Of a stretch of 64,000 bases of DNA, positions 1-12,000 are shown piece by piece; position 1 is the stretch's first letter; every line of letters starts with the position of its first letter. The notes under the pieces are model-generated. The model saw only the letters and a program-made list of their open reading frames with translations. It searched no databases and was not told the DNA's origin. The position numbers were made by a program, and so were the translations under genes. The stretch is from Ginglymostoma cirratum (Eukaryota), in assembly GCA_024137785.1 (NCBI GenBank), contig JAHRHZ010000069.1:22218750-22282749 (forward strand), read 5' to 3'.

Positions 1-1516
1 AAATGCTGCATTGCAGGAAGCAAAATTACATTTGTCAGTGTCAATATTAATTTTGTGCAAATAACTTGGAGTATTATTAGTTGTGGGCTTCATCTTGCTG
101 AGTGAGATGGGTCATGCTTGTTAACCCCCTTCGTCCTCAAAACATGAGCATTTTCAATGTCTTTGTTTCCCTGATGTTAATGCAGCATCATTATTATTGC
201 CAATTTGGTTTAATCTTGGGTTGATATATCCATTTTAATTTAGGTAAGCTACTGGTATTATCAGTGTCTATTAAACAAGCAAGATTGATTTTTGGTTGGC
301 AGCCCAGTGAATCTATGATTCTTGCATTGCTCCAGTTGTCCCATGATATTGAAGTGACAGCAGCTTTGTTTTCAAATAAAAGCACTAATCCATAATATTT
401 CTGACAAAATCATCAAATATTCTAAACAGTGTAATTCAGCAGGGACCTCTGCCACTTTACATTGCAGAGCCAATTCCTCTTATTTCGCAGTCCTGGGAGT
501 TCTGGACCACTCACCAGTAACAGTGCAAAGAGGGTTCCAGAATACCAGCAAGAGGGGCAATCAAAAAGTATAGAAGGCACAGACGTTGTTCCACAGTCAA
601 AGAGTGTCTACAGGCCAGGGACGCTCAGTCTATTGAGCCCAGGCCAAATGGCCACCTGCACCACTGGTGGTGACTGATCATGTTTGGTGCCAGTGTCCAT
701 GTGTATTCAGTAGTGATGACTTGAGAAAAAAAATCAGCTGTTAAGCAATTACGACGTAATGTTTATGTTACAACATTGTCCCTGAACAAAGGACTACTTT
801 CAGTCATAGTGTTCAAATGCGTAGTGCATTAAATTAAATTACTAATCCATTGCAAGCTGCTTCTGTTTTGTATTCAGGGAAAGGAATTTGTATAACAGGT
901 GTTGATAGAAGATGAGTTTGGGGTTTTCAATAGCCTGGCTGTAGATTGTTTGGTTCGAGCCTGCTTGTCTCTAGCAGGTGGTAAAATACCTCCTCGGATT
1001 AATGAAAGGGAGGCGCTGTGCAGGCTGGACCCACTGTTTGATTAATCTCAAGAGACTGACTATGTTAAAAGAAACAAGATATTATTTGTAATCATCAAAC
1101 CAAGAAACTGTTGTGACTTTGGAAGAATTTAGTAATTCTACACCAATGGTGTTCGCTGGTTTTTGAACTTCTTTAAATTGATGGGGGATGCACGGAAAAA
1201 GCCACTACACTCTATTTGGAGTAAAATAGAGACCTAAAAATAATGATCATGTTAACAACATTTTAAAAACTCTTAGTGCACCATATTCATTTTTTTGAGA
1301 GATATTGATGATTTTGAGAGTTCCTTATGAATGTTCTTATTTTACAGAATTAAATATTTAAGTTGGTGTCTTGAATAACTCTAAGGTGGTTAGCTTCTTT
1401 AAAGTTAATAGAAAAAGTGTTTCAAATCATGAATGGAGAAAACAAAGCAATCATAGTAACATGTAAAATAGCCAGGAAGCATTAGTGATATGGCTTATAG
1501 TCATCTGACAGCAGTA

Positions 1517-2186
1517 GATACAATACAGTACAGCATAGGAACAGGCTCTTTGGCCCACCAAGCCTGTGCCGATTCCTAAACTTTATTTAGACTCCCTGCT
1601 CATTACCCATGTGCAGTTTCTGTTACTTCCCATTCATGTGTCTATCAAGATATACCTTAAATGTTGCCAATGTGCCTGCTTCCATCACCTTCACTAGCAG
1701 TGCATTCCAGGCACCCACCACCCTCTGTGTGAAAAATTTTCCACGTACTTTTCCCCTGAACTTGTGCCGCCTTGTCGTTGACCTTCCCACCCTGCGAAAA
1801 AGTCTCTGACTATCCACCCTCTTTATGCCTCTCATAATTTTGTCGATCGCTCATCAGCCTTTGCCTTTCCAGTGAAAACAATCCAAGTTTATCCAACCTC
1901 TCCTCGTAACTCAAACCGTTCAGACAAGGCAGCATCCTGGTAAATCTTCTCTGCCCCCTCTCCAAAGCATCCTCATCCTTCTGATCGTGGGGTACCAGAA
2001 CTGCATGCAATATTCCAAATGTGGCCAAATTAAAGTTTTGTACAGCTGAAATGTGACTGCCAACTTGTATATTTGATGCTCTGACCGATGAAGGCAAGTG
2101 TGCTGCATGCCTTCTCGACCACCTTATCCACTTGTGTTGCCACTTTAAAGGATCTGTGGACTTGCACATCCTGATCCCCCTGTATG
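1517..2186 (-). mobile_element. CR1-clade LINE, 5'-truncated 3' end
   Basis: Minus-strand frames give YKTLIWPHLEYCMQFWYP, LSYEERLDKLGLFSLE and FFTQRVVGAWNAL, typical of the CR1 ORF2 C-terminus; short pentanucleotide-like tail near 1517-1535. Confidence 0.9.
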
Positions 2187-2568
2187 TGTCAGGGAAGGTG
2201 GGAGAGAGAATGGTGTTGTGAAGATTACGTGCAAGTATTTAAACCAATGGAGTTCTAATTTATAGACCAAGTTGTTAACTGCAACATTTAGATTTTAAAC
2301 TTTGGATTTTGTATTGAAATCTGTAATCAAGTTAAACAATTTCTTCAGTGAAATGAAGATATAAATTTTTACATAAAGTTAATATACTTCCAATTTAAAT
2401 TTATAACATCTGGGATATGGTGCTGCTGAACTTAACTTGTGTTTAGTGATGCAGGAAACCATATCATGTTGGACCAGTAATTTCATGAGCTCATTCAATT
2501 TTGGGCACAAGAGGAAAGATTTTCTTTTGTTCTGAAAGTTTGATAACCTAACCAAGTTTTGTGCTATG

Positions 2569-2682
2569 GAGATAGTAGGAACTGCAGATGCTGGAGAAGG
2601 GTCTAGGCCCGAAACGTCACTTTCCTGCTCCTCTGGTGTTGCTTGGTCTGCTGTGTTCATCCAGCTCTACACCTTGTTATCT
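2569..2682. mobile_element. Short Penelope-terminus insertion (family A) with 17-bp TSD
   Basis: Direct repeat CCAAGTTTTGTGCTATG at 2552-2568 and 2683-2699; body contains aagggtctaggcccgaaacgtc...ctgctgtgttcatccagctctacaccttgttatct. Confidence 0.85.
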
Positions 2683-5444
2683 CCAAGTTTTGTGCTATGT
2701 TGGAATTTCATTTTAGGAATTGGATGCAGAAATCTAGCTGTTTTTCTTCCAGTACAGTTCTGCACATTGTCAGAGAAACTGTCCTTCAAACAGGATGTTT
2801 TGCCAACGTCCTGCCTGGCTGCTTGGTACTTTGAACGTTAAATGCTCTAAGACAGTTTAAGAAGAGCCGGTAGCATGGTTAACATCTTCCATCCATCACT
2901 GCCAGAAATAGCTTTGCAGATATGAATCTCATTGCTGCTTTATGGGATTTTGCTATCCTCAAAATGGCTGCTGCTTGTTTGATACACATGTACAGCTTCC
3001 TAAGATTTTATTTGAGAATTATAAGGCATTATATAAAACAATCTGTTTCCATCTGATTTAGGTACCTTGTGTTGCTAGCATAACGTCTTCAATGACAATT
3101 TCTGCATTAGCCATGTTTAGTGCACATGCATCCTGTCTGAGGGAAAAGGCTATTATCCCAATGTGGCGTATTGATTGCTCTCATGATTCAAAAAAAATTC
3201 CTCAATTATTTAGATCCACTCTGGTCACTGCTACAAACAAAAACATGGAAAAGCTTGTCAGAATCTCAAAGTAGTGCTAGAAATATTAATTACGTGATTG
3301 ATTTATTTTGAAATTGACACCTGTCTGCTAAAGGGCTCCATCGTTAATGAACAATTGCATGAGACTTGGTTACATGCGGGAAAAGAATGTTTCACAGGAC
3401 TGCATCAAGGAGGAAACTGTGAAATACTTTGCATCCCACCATTGCAGTATTTGCCTAACCTCCCTCAAAACTAATTTGTCATGTTCAGTGAAGCTGCTAC
3501 ACCCCAGGTCTTCGGAGTGTCAAAAGGGTAGCATTTAGCTCCTCAGAGAGAAACCTTTCACTTTTTTTTCCTTTTCGTTTGAGGTGACAGGCAAATTGTT
3601 CCAGACCTTGTTGCATTAAAGTGGCTTGCATTTATTTTAATTAACGTGTTTGGTCATGACTCTGGGTCAGGTAGGACTTGGCTCAGAGGTAGGCACTACC
3701 ACTATGCCAGTAGAGCCCCTCTAAACATGACTTGCATTACGGTCAATCAAGAAGATTTGAGGGGGATCTTGTTGAGTTGTTTAAGATAATTAAACGGTTT
3801 GTTCAGGGAAATAGAGAGGAATTATTTTCTATGTTGAAGGAGGCCCAGAACAAGGGGGCAGAGCTGTGCAGTGAGAACTAGACTCATGTAATTTTACCAC
3901 ATTTGCTTTCTTCTGTTCTAGGGAGAATATCTCAATAAAATTACATCAGACTGGAATAAGACCACAGCCTTAAGTAACTCAAAATCTTGCTAAATAACTT
4001 ATTGTGCAGAAAGTGTCATGTTGCCTCTAGTTTTTTCCCCACCCTCAAGGAAATCAATTATAGAAAAAACAAGTTGGCTTCTTAAAGTTAGTGCTGTGTA
4101 GATTGTCATTCCATCCAGCATTTCTCATTGTGATTTATCAAACCCCACAGTACTTTATTAGCACCATGCCTTACCGAATGGACTGTTGTATCACATAAGG
4201 GTCAAATTTTGCACTGAAGAAACTTTTTTCAATGTCACTATGTTTTCCTTAGTTCTATTTGTTTCTTACTGTGTGATAATGTTTGCAGTTTCTGTCCTGA
4301 TAACGCGGCCCCTTGACTGTACTGGCCACTGAACCATTGTTTATTATTCCCACAAAATGTAGGCCACGTGGTCTTAAAATATGGTAACATGCCCATCAGG
4401 AAAGTGCTGTCCACTGCTTCACACAAAATGCAACCTTCCGTCCTGTCCTCTCTGCTGCTACTTTCGGTGCAGCAAGCTGAATAGCTTGAACCCATCCAAT
4501 CTGTACCTGGCAGCAGCAAGTTGCACTGGTATCCATTTAGCCGCAGCGCAGCCGATGCAATTAGTGGAAAGAGCCGTACTTGGGACATTCAACATTGCAG
4601 CTAGTTGTTAGCCAGTAATCTTTTCACCACCTCAGAGTTGGTAGATAATTTCCAATGTTTATAAGAAAGTAAGGAGAGAATTTTACTATAATTTGTTGAA
4701 AAATGAACTTCATACATATAATTGCGCAAGGTATAGCAAAAATATTAGAGACTGGTTCCAACTGTATTGATTTTAGACATATTAATGTCAGGGGGAGCAT
4801 CTTGCATGGATTTGCCTGCTCTGGATGGAAGACTTTGTTTTGCCATTCCAATTATTGTGAAATTCAAATTTGCATTTTACTTCTATTTAAATGTGCATTA
4901 TTTAGCTGGCAGTCTAGACATGACCTCCATTTGTACCATGCGGATGGTTATTGCCTTCGTGATCTTGTTTTAGCAGATGTTGAATTTGACCTCACTTGAT
5001 CTATGTTGTGCTATGTCAGAAAATGGTGGAGGTGGCTGAAAAATACAGTAAAAGCTGAGATTCTGGGGCAGACTAGAGAGTGACTGGAAATCATTTAACA
5101 CAGGAAAATGTGCTATTTACTGTTGTTTAAATTAAAAAAAATCTTTATTTTGAACAGATCGTACATAACTACAAAATAAATTGTCAATAGAATTCAATTA
5201 CAATTTTCTGTGAGATCAGTTTAACAAAACTTCATTTAACTCTTGTTTTTGTTTTCATAGTAATGAGGTTAAGTGCATCTACTCGCTTGAGGTCAATAAT
5301 TACTAGCCTCTGTGATAGGTGGCTCTTTTTAAAAACTGCACACTAAAACTCAAAGTAAAATGGGATGCCTGTCAGAAAGAGTGGGTAATCATCACTGATT
5401 CTGAAAGAGCACAAGCATTATTCAAAGCAAATATCAAGTTTGAG

Positions 5445-5620
5445 GAACAAGTGGTGGAGGCTGGTACAATTACAACATTTATAAGGTATTTGGATGGGTA
5501 TACATGAATAGGAAGGGTTCAGAGGGATGTGGGCCAAATGCTGGCAAATGAGATTAGATTAATTTAGGATATCTGGTCGGCATGGACCGAAGGGTCCGTT
5601 TCCGTGCTGTATTACTCTGT
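5445..5620 (+). mobile_element. CR1 LINE 3'-terminal fragment
   Basis: VVEAGTITTFIRYLDGY followed by a CR1-type 3'UTR (ggaccgaagggtccgtttccgtgctgta). Confidence 0.85.
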
Positions 5621-7861
5621 CTTTCAATGTATTTCAAAGTCATTATCCCCAGAATGAAATGTGATTTTAAATTTTAAAATAAGAGCATCAAACTCTTAAC
5701 AGATGACTGTCACACCTGATTTTACTAAATCTCAAGGTTATACAGTTTCTTTGTCAAATTGAATAAACTACCCTGCATTTGGCAGCAGCCATCAGAAATC
5801 TGAATGGGTTTAACAAGATTCAGTTATGTGGGAGGCTATGGCCAAGAGGACATCATATAGTTATATAAGACAGCAAACTGTACAAAAGGTGAATCTGGAA
5901 TATTATTCCATGTAAAAGCGTAATATTAAATTAGGAAGTATGCACAGCTTAAAATCGTAAATAGCAAACTTGACCTATGGCGGGAGCAGTATGAATTAGA
6001 CTTTCACGTAAAGTAGTGGAAAGCAAAATCTATCATTTATAGATTTTTCAACATTGGCAATTGCCATTGCTAATATGTATTTTATAATCTTGTTAGAAAA
6101 TTATTATAAATTGCACAGATCTCAGAAAGTTGCTATACTTTTAGGACAACTGGTGAAATCACAACATTTGATGCTGTAGTTTAAGATGTCTCCATCAGTC
6201 AGCCTGTTAGACAAACAGCCAGCTAGCTGGTCATTGAGTCAGTCAGTCAACTATGTATATAATAATAGCAATCAAAGTAGGCCTAAAATCTAGGCTGTGG
6301 ATGTAATTCTCAGGTGTCATGTTAGTGTACATAGTTGTTAATAAACTTCCAGATATCTGACTCATTAAGAACCTGACTCACCAGTTTATGTTAGATGGGC
6401 TTACATGTGAATAAAACACCAAAATGCATATTTATTCAGGTTTGATTTGGTGCAATTAAATACCTCACTTGATTTCAGAAAATAAATCCAATCTGTATCA
6501 GTACCATCAAAAACTCAGGTTAGTAGAATTGTGATTGACCCTTTTCCCAATAATTGAGTGCAGAATTCAGTTTCATATTTATGCCTTTGTATATAGATAA
6601 AATATTTATACTTTATATAAAACTTAATTGTTAGATATCTAATCAAAATTATGAAAAATGGATTAGCAATACGTCACGGTACCTTCAAATTGACTGCTTT
6701 TGCTTACTTGCTGCTGGAATGGAAGCAGTACTCCAGAGATTAGTTACTAATAAAATTTCTCTAGTTTGTGTCTTTCCAAATTGTAGAACATCACTCTTTA
6801 ACATTACCAGAATGTTTGCAGGCATTAAATAGGCCTAATGTTATTCCCCAATAGACATGTAAAATAATGACAAGTCCCTACAGAAAACCACAAGACTCTT
6901 TTGTTTGGTGAAGTCAGTCCTGCTGTGGAGTGGTGTTCTTCCAGAAAGAAGTCAGATGTCTTAATTTCTAAAGTTAGTAACCAGCAGAGCCAGTCACATC
7001 AGGTTTCTTTCTCATGCTCTCCCAGGCAGAGTGCTGTTTTTTTTTTTTTTGGCAGATTTCCTGACATAAAAATGCAGGTGTTGTAATCTTCTGCCATTTC
7101 TTGTAATCACAGTTTTCATGCTGTGATCAACTTGATTATAAATTAGATACAAATTGATTATTCACCTTCGTTACACAGACTGCTATTTGGTCAAGGTACA
7201 ATCTAACTTGAAGCTGTTAGCTAGCCATCAATCACCATCATTCATCTCAAGTCAAGTTGCAGACTCTCAAATTGAAGGTAAATCGAGCAAGTATGTCCTT
7301 TTTTAATGACAGTGCATATTTTGTTCACTTCCATTTGAGCCTGCTCCAGTACCCAACAGGATCGTGGCTGATACAATCCTGACCCCTCCGATCTCTGATT
7401 AATATATCATCCCCTGTTAATCAAGAATCTACCTCCCACTACCATTACTTAAACTCCATACAATGAGCAAATCCATAACTACAAGAATGTAAAAGGAAAA
7501 TGATCAAATATTTAAATAAATTTTCTCAAATTCTATAATGTTAGTATAATTAGTGAAACAGCCACTGTAACCAGGTAAACTACTCTTGTGAAATGCTAAA
7601 AATAGGTGAAATGAATATTGCGATGTGCTTGTTCAAGTTATCACATTCTATTTCTTTTGGTTTTAGGATTTTGCACCAAAAAACTATTTTAATAATGGTA
7701 GTCCGAATTGTATTACTGAATTTGTAAAATGTAGACATAAAAGATTTGTTGCATTGAAAATGCCTCTGAAATATTTTGACCAATTTAAATAGAACCACAA
7801 ATGGTAAAGTGTGCAAACCATTCTTAATTTTTATAAAACCTGATCTCTGTTAGCAATGCCG

Positions 7862-8200
7862 ACAACAAACTTTCTTTTTATGGAGCAGCTCTAACATAGT
7901 AAAACGCGTGCTTTACAGTAGCATTATTAAAGTAAATATAACTCTAAGCCACATATGAAAACATTAGGATAGATGATTAAGTACTTGGTCAAACAGGTAC
8001 AATCTTAACGAGTGTCATAAAGAAGAAGACTGAATTAGAGGGAGTTTAGGACCTGGACAGACGAAGGCCTAACCACTAATGGTCGAGCAGTCGAAGACAG
8101 GGATATCTAAGAAACCAGACTTAGAGAAACTTGATAGGGCTGGGGAAGATTGCTGACAAATGGAGAGCTTTGAAAATGAGGATGAGAATTTTACAAGTTG
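7862..8200 (-). mobile_element. Old L2-like LINE 3' remnant
   Basis: Degenerate reverse complement of an L2-type tail (cf. 33700-34260 and 36638-36765); boundaries approximate. Confidence 0.5.
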
Positions 8201-8559
8201 TGGCTTTGAAACTGAAGATCCAGATCCTGGAATTTTTTTAAAGGATGCATTGACGTTCAGAGATTGGGCAAACTTGACTTTTCTTTAGAATGTTCTGGGT
8301 TGTTTTGTTTGAAGGGTTGAACCTTTGAGCCATGGTGATCACAGTCAGATTGCCACCCTGTCCCTTTTTTAACTTGACTCCGCCTGTAGCTCTGAGGGTT
8401 TTTTTTGCCTGAACATCAGAGTGTAGCCTCTTGAGAAATGCAGAGAGTATCTGATCAGGGGAGCAGTGCAGACTCAGCATTGGGAGCCAAACAATGTCTC
8501 CTTTTTAGAGCATTAACTGTCATATTCCACGCTTGAATGTCTAAATAAAGTTTGTCAAA

Positions 8560-9065
8560 CTATGGAGAAAAGGGAAGTGTCTAAACCATATGGGTGAAGG
8601 ACTTGGTTGGCAGGTGATTAGTGAGGGGATATGGTGGCAGATAATTGGGTGAAGAGGTAGGTTGGCAGGAGTTTAGTAAGCAGATTGTAGTTGGGTAGAT
8701 AGGGTGGCAGGTAAGTGGGTGAGTGAGGGGGTAGGTCTAGGTCGGTAGGTCAAGTGCTAGGGTGGGTTCGGTAAGTGTTGCGTAGGGTTTATCAGGTGTC
8801 AGCTAATCAGATATCCAAGGGTGATCAGTGTGAGTGTCTGGGTGGTGGGTCAGTTTTATAGTTACCTAGGAGCTTGAACAGATTCTAATTCCTCTAAAGA
8901 TTTTCTGGGTAACTAATCAAATTATTAAGTCTGTACCATCTGACTCAACTAAGATTTGGGGACTTTGTTTAGAGGTTTCCAATCTCTGTGTAATTGCCCA
9001 TCAGAATTTAAACTCCTCAGGTAATAAGTACATAGTCAGTGGGTTGGGACATCTGAGTGTATCTA
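8560..9065. repeat. Unclassified repeat with G/T-rich low-complexity arm; related copy inverted near 49.6-50.5 kb
   Basis: aattgcccatcagaatttaaactcctcagg (about 8993-9021) is near the reverse complement of cctgagaagattaaactttgttgggcaatt (about 49686-49715). Confidence 0.55.
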
Positions 9066-12000
9066 AAGCACTCCTGTCAGTACACGTGGTCTCTGGCTAT
9101 CCAGGAATTGGCAGATCTGGGTCTCAATGTTGTTTGTTTTTAAAATGTTGTGGATTGCCTTATCTACTGTGGTGCAGTTTGTCATAGCTCTCAAAATGCG
9201 AGCTGAGGTTTTAGAGCAAGTTTTCAGACTTGATTGAGAAGCCTTCTCAATGCAGTGGAAGCTTTTGTCTTTCAGCTTTGTCAAGGAATACCAGGAACAA
9301 TCGGATACTTGTGATAATGTCAAGTTAACACAATATGGCAGAGGCAGTGCTCTATTGAGTCCCCCCGTTATTTGCTCATAAAGTTTCCCATCTACTTTAA
9401 ATATAATTAAATAATGAACAGAAACTTAAATATTGTTTGTAGAATACGAGACCAAAAAGGTCTCCTATCTCCCCATTGTTCTAGTATTATGACTCTGACT
9501 GACCGAGACAATCTTGTCTGATCTCGTTCCCCTTCTCTTTCACTGTGGTCATGTGCAGCTATTGTAGTGTTTATCATATAACAAAAGCAATTTGATATCT
9601 GGTAAATGATCACATGATATAGATATGTGTGACTGACCTGAACGCGTTTATGTAAGTTTGTATCATTGTTGCATTTGCAGATGGTTTATGGAAACCACAT
9701 GAAATGCCATCTGTCAGGCGTGTGTCCAGTTGTAAGCTTATCATCCTTCTACATGAGGAAAGATGTGCCTGTCTTTTCAGGTCCATTGAACGTCACAGTG
9801 CAACAATTGGTCAAATGTGAGGCTGCCTTTCTCAAGAGTGACCTGCGCATTCCAGGGCATCAAGCTTGACTACATTAGGTGTACATGGAGAAAAGCCATG
9901 TTCAGCTTTTTGCTTTCCTGCTGTTATGTTTACCAAGAGCATTTGGGATTATTTCTTTTGTCTGATGTCTGAGTTTCTCTCCTTGAGACATAAAGAAGTA
10001 AGTCTTAGTTTGAAAACTGAATATCCCATAATGTTTGTTTCTTTGGTAGCTCATCTGCCCATACGCGATCCACCACAGACGCACATGGCATGCAATTAAA
10101 TGCTCAATATTGTGTGTTTTTGGACTGTACCTTTTGAAATATATATGTCACTTCTCTCCTCCATCACTGCAGGATGAATGCTTTAATTGTACATATCAAA
10201 TCTCAGTGCCTTTTTTTCATCGATATTGAAGCTACAGTCGGTATTCACTCAATCAGTAGAGGTAGAAATGATCATATTCTTCTTTTTATCCTTTTGTTAT
10301 TCCTCAGAAAAGTGATATACCCTTAAAAACAGCAATACTGCTTGACCTGCCATTGCAGCTCTGTGCCTGTTCAGGGATGCTTTATCTGTGTGACTGTGCA
10401 CCTTTCTTTCCTTCCTTCCCTCCCTTTAATCAACAGCCTAATCCCATTTCCATGGAAACAAGTAATTAGTGTCAGATGTGAGAGTCTAGCTAATGTGCTT
10501 AACACTGTACCTGACCTCCAAACAATTTGAAATGATGAGCAAAAGTCAATTCTGTGATGGAAAACGTAAAGTCAAGATTATTTTTTTTTTATAGATCTAA
10601 AATTGATGCACAAAATGAATCCTTGTACTTTAATAAAAATAATCACAACTATTGCATTTTTGGACAGATAAAGCAGAACATCCAATCTTGTATGAGTGTG
10701 GCTTGTGTCACCCACCAGAAGAGTGTTCAGCCTCTTGTGACAAAGCTTGCTTAGGTCACGAGGACATCAGGCTGAAGTGTAGGAAGTTCAGTCACCTAAA
10801 AAAAAAATCCCAAAGGGTAACACAATACTGCAAACACCATTATTTTAGACTCCCCCACCCTATAAATAATCTCTGTTGTATTGTGGCATTGTTTTCAGAC
10901 CAGACAGGACTATACCTTTAAGATAACATGACAACGTGGCATTCCAGTTGAAAGGTAACTGCTTCACCTAGAGTCATTCTTTTTGAGTAATGGAGTCAGT
11001 GTAGTGTCTTCTGTTGGTTAGAAATGTGTATGTAATATGCAGAAACAAAAGAAAGCACTAAATCCAGACTCTGTAATCCTGTGATATTATAGTCTTGTAA
11101 ATAGTCAGTGTTGTAAACAAACTTAAGATAGCTGAATCAATAAGAATCTGTGATATAGCGGGCTAACAAACAGAAAGCCATATAAGGCTGTCGTTGGTGA
11201 CAGTGAATGACTCTGAGTGCCAGTCGTGATAGCTATTTAATGGCAGTAAGAAGTCATTGAAGACTGAAAAATTGGCAGACGTGTTGTGCAATGTCTATTT
11301 TTCCTAACAGTCACACATCCATCTCTGAGTTCACAGCTTAAGTTAAAGCTACAAAACTAAAGGTTACAGATTTGTTCTGGAGCACTGTTGAGTACTTGAC
11401 CCTTCTTTTGAAGTTGTGCTGTTTCCAAGTGGCCTTGGACAACTTTGGAATTTTTTTTTTTGAATGGTTGATAAAAGGATTGTTCTTAGCTTAAAAGAAA
11501 AGCATTCCTAGAATTTAAAGACAGAAAAGAACAGTTTTCTATACTTACAAGGCTTGCCTTTCACAGTCATTGTTTGGTTCTGCTATTTTACCATCATGTC
11601 ACATTATCAATAGTCAGGTCAAGTAATGCACCAAATTGGAGGTGGGTGTTGACAAAGGTGTGGGATGTGATTGCACCGAAGCTAATCTAGCTGAAAGGCC
11701 AATGGAACTGGTCATTGCCTCTGCACCCATCAAATCCTTCAGAAAAGTCCTTTTGGACAGATCTAAGGAATACACCATTGACATTGAGCTAGAAGAAACT
11801 GGCAACGTCAAGAAAATTGTACCAGACCAGCTGCATCAGATGGTTTTTAATTCTGAAACAGCTATTTGTAGCTATCAACAGGTTAAGCAGAACATCCATC
11901 TGATTAATTTCACCAAGTTCCCTTTTGTGAGACAAGTTTATGGATTCCACTAACACAATGGTTGTTGACTACCATATTCATTTTGTTCAGTGTGTCTCCA

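Noticed and set aside
2591-2618. Sense-strand hammerhead at the 2.6-kb insertion
   Set aside because: The core reads CTGGAGA (A6 lost at a rearrangement junction), so it is predicted inactive; likewise the 36138-36166 copy has lost G12.
4381-4611. Cys-rich 76-aa ORF resembling a metallothionein or toxin
   Set aside because: No recognisable Cys spacing pattern, signal peptide or gene structure; likely chance.
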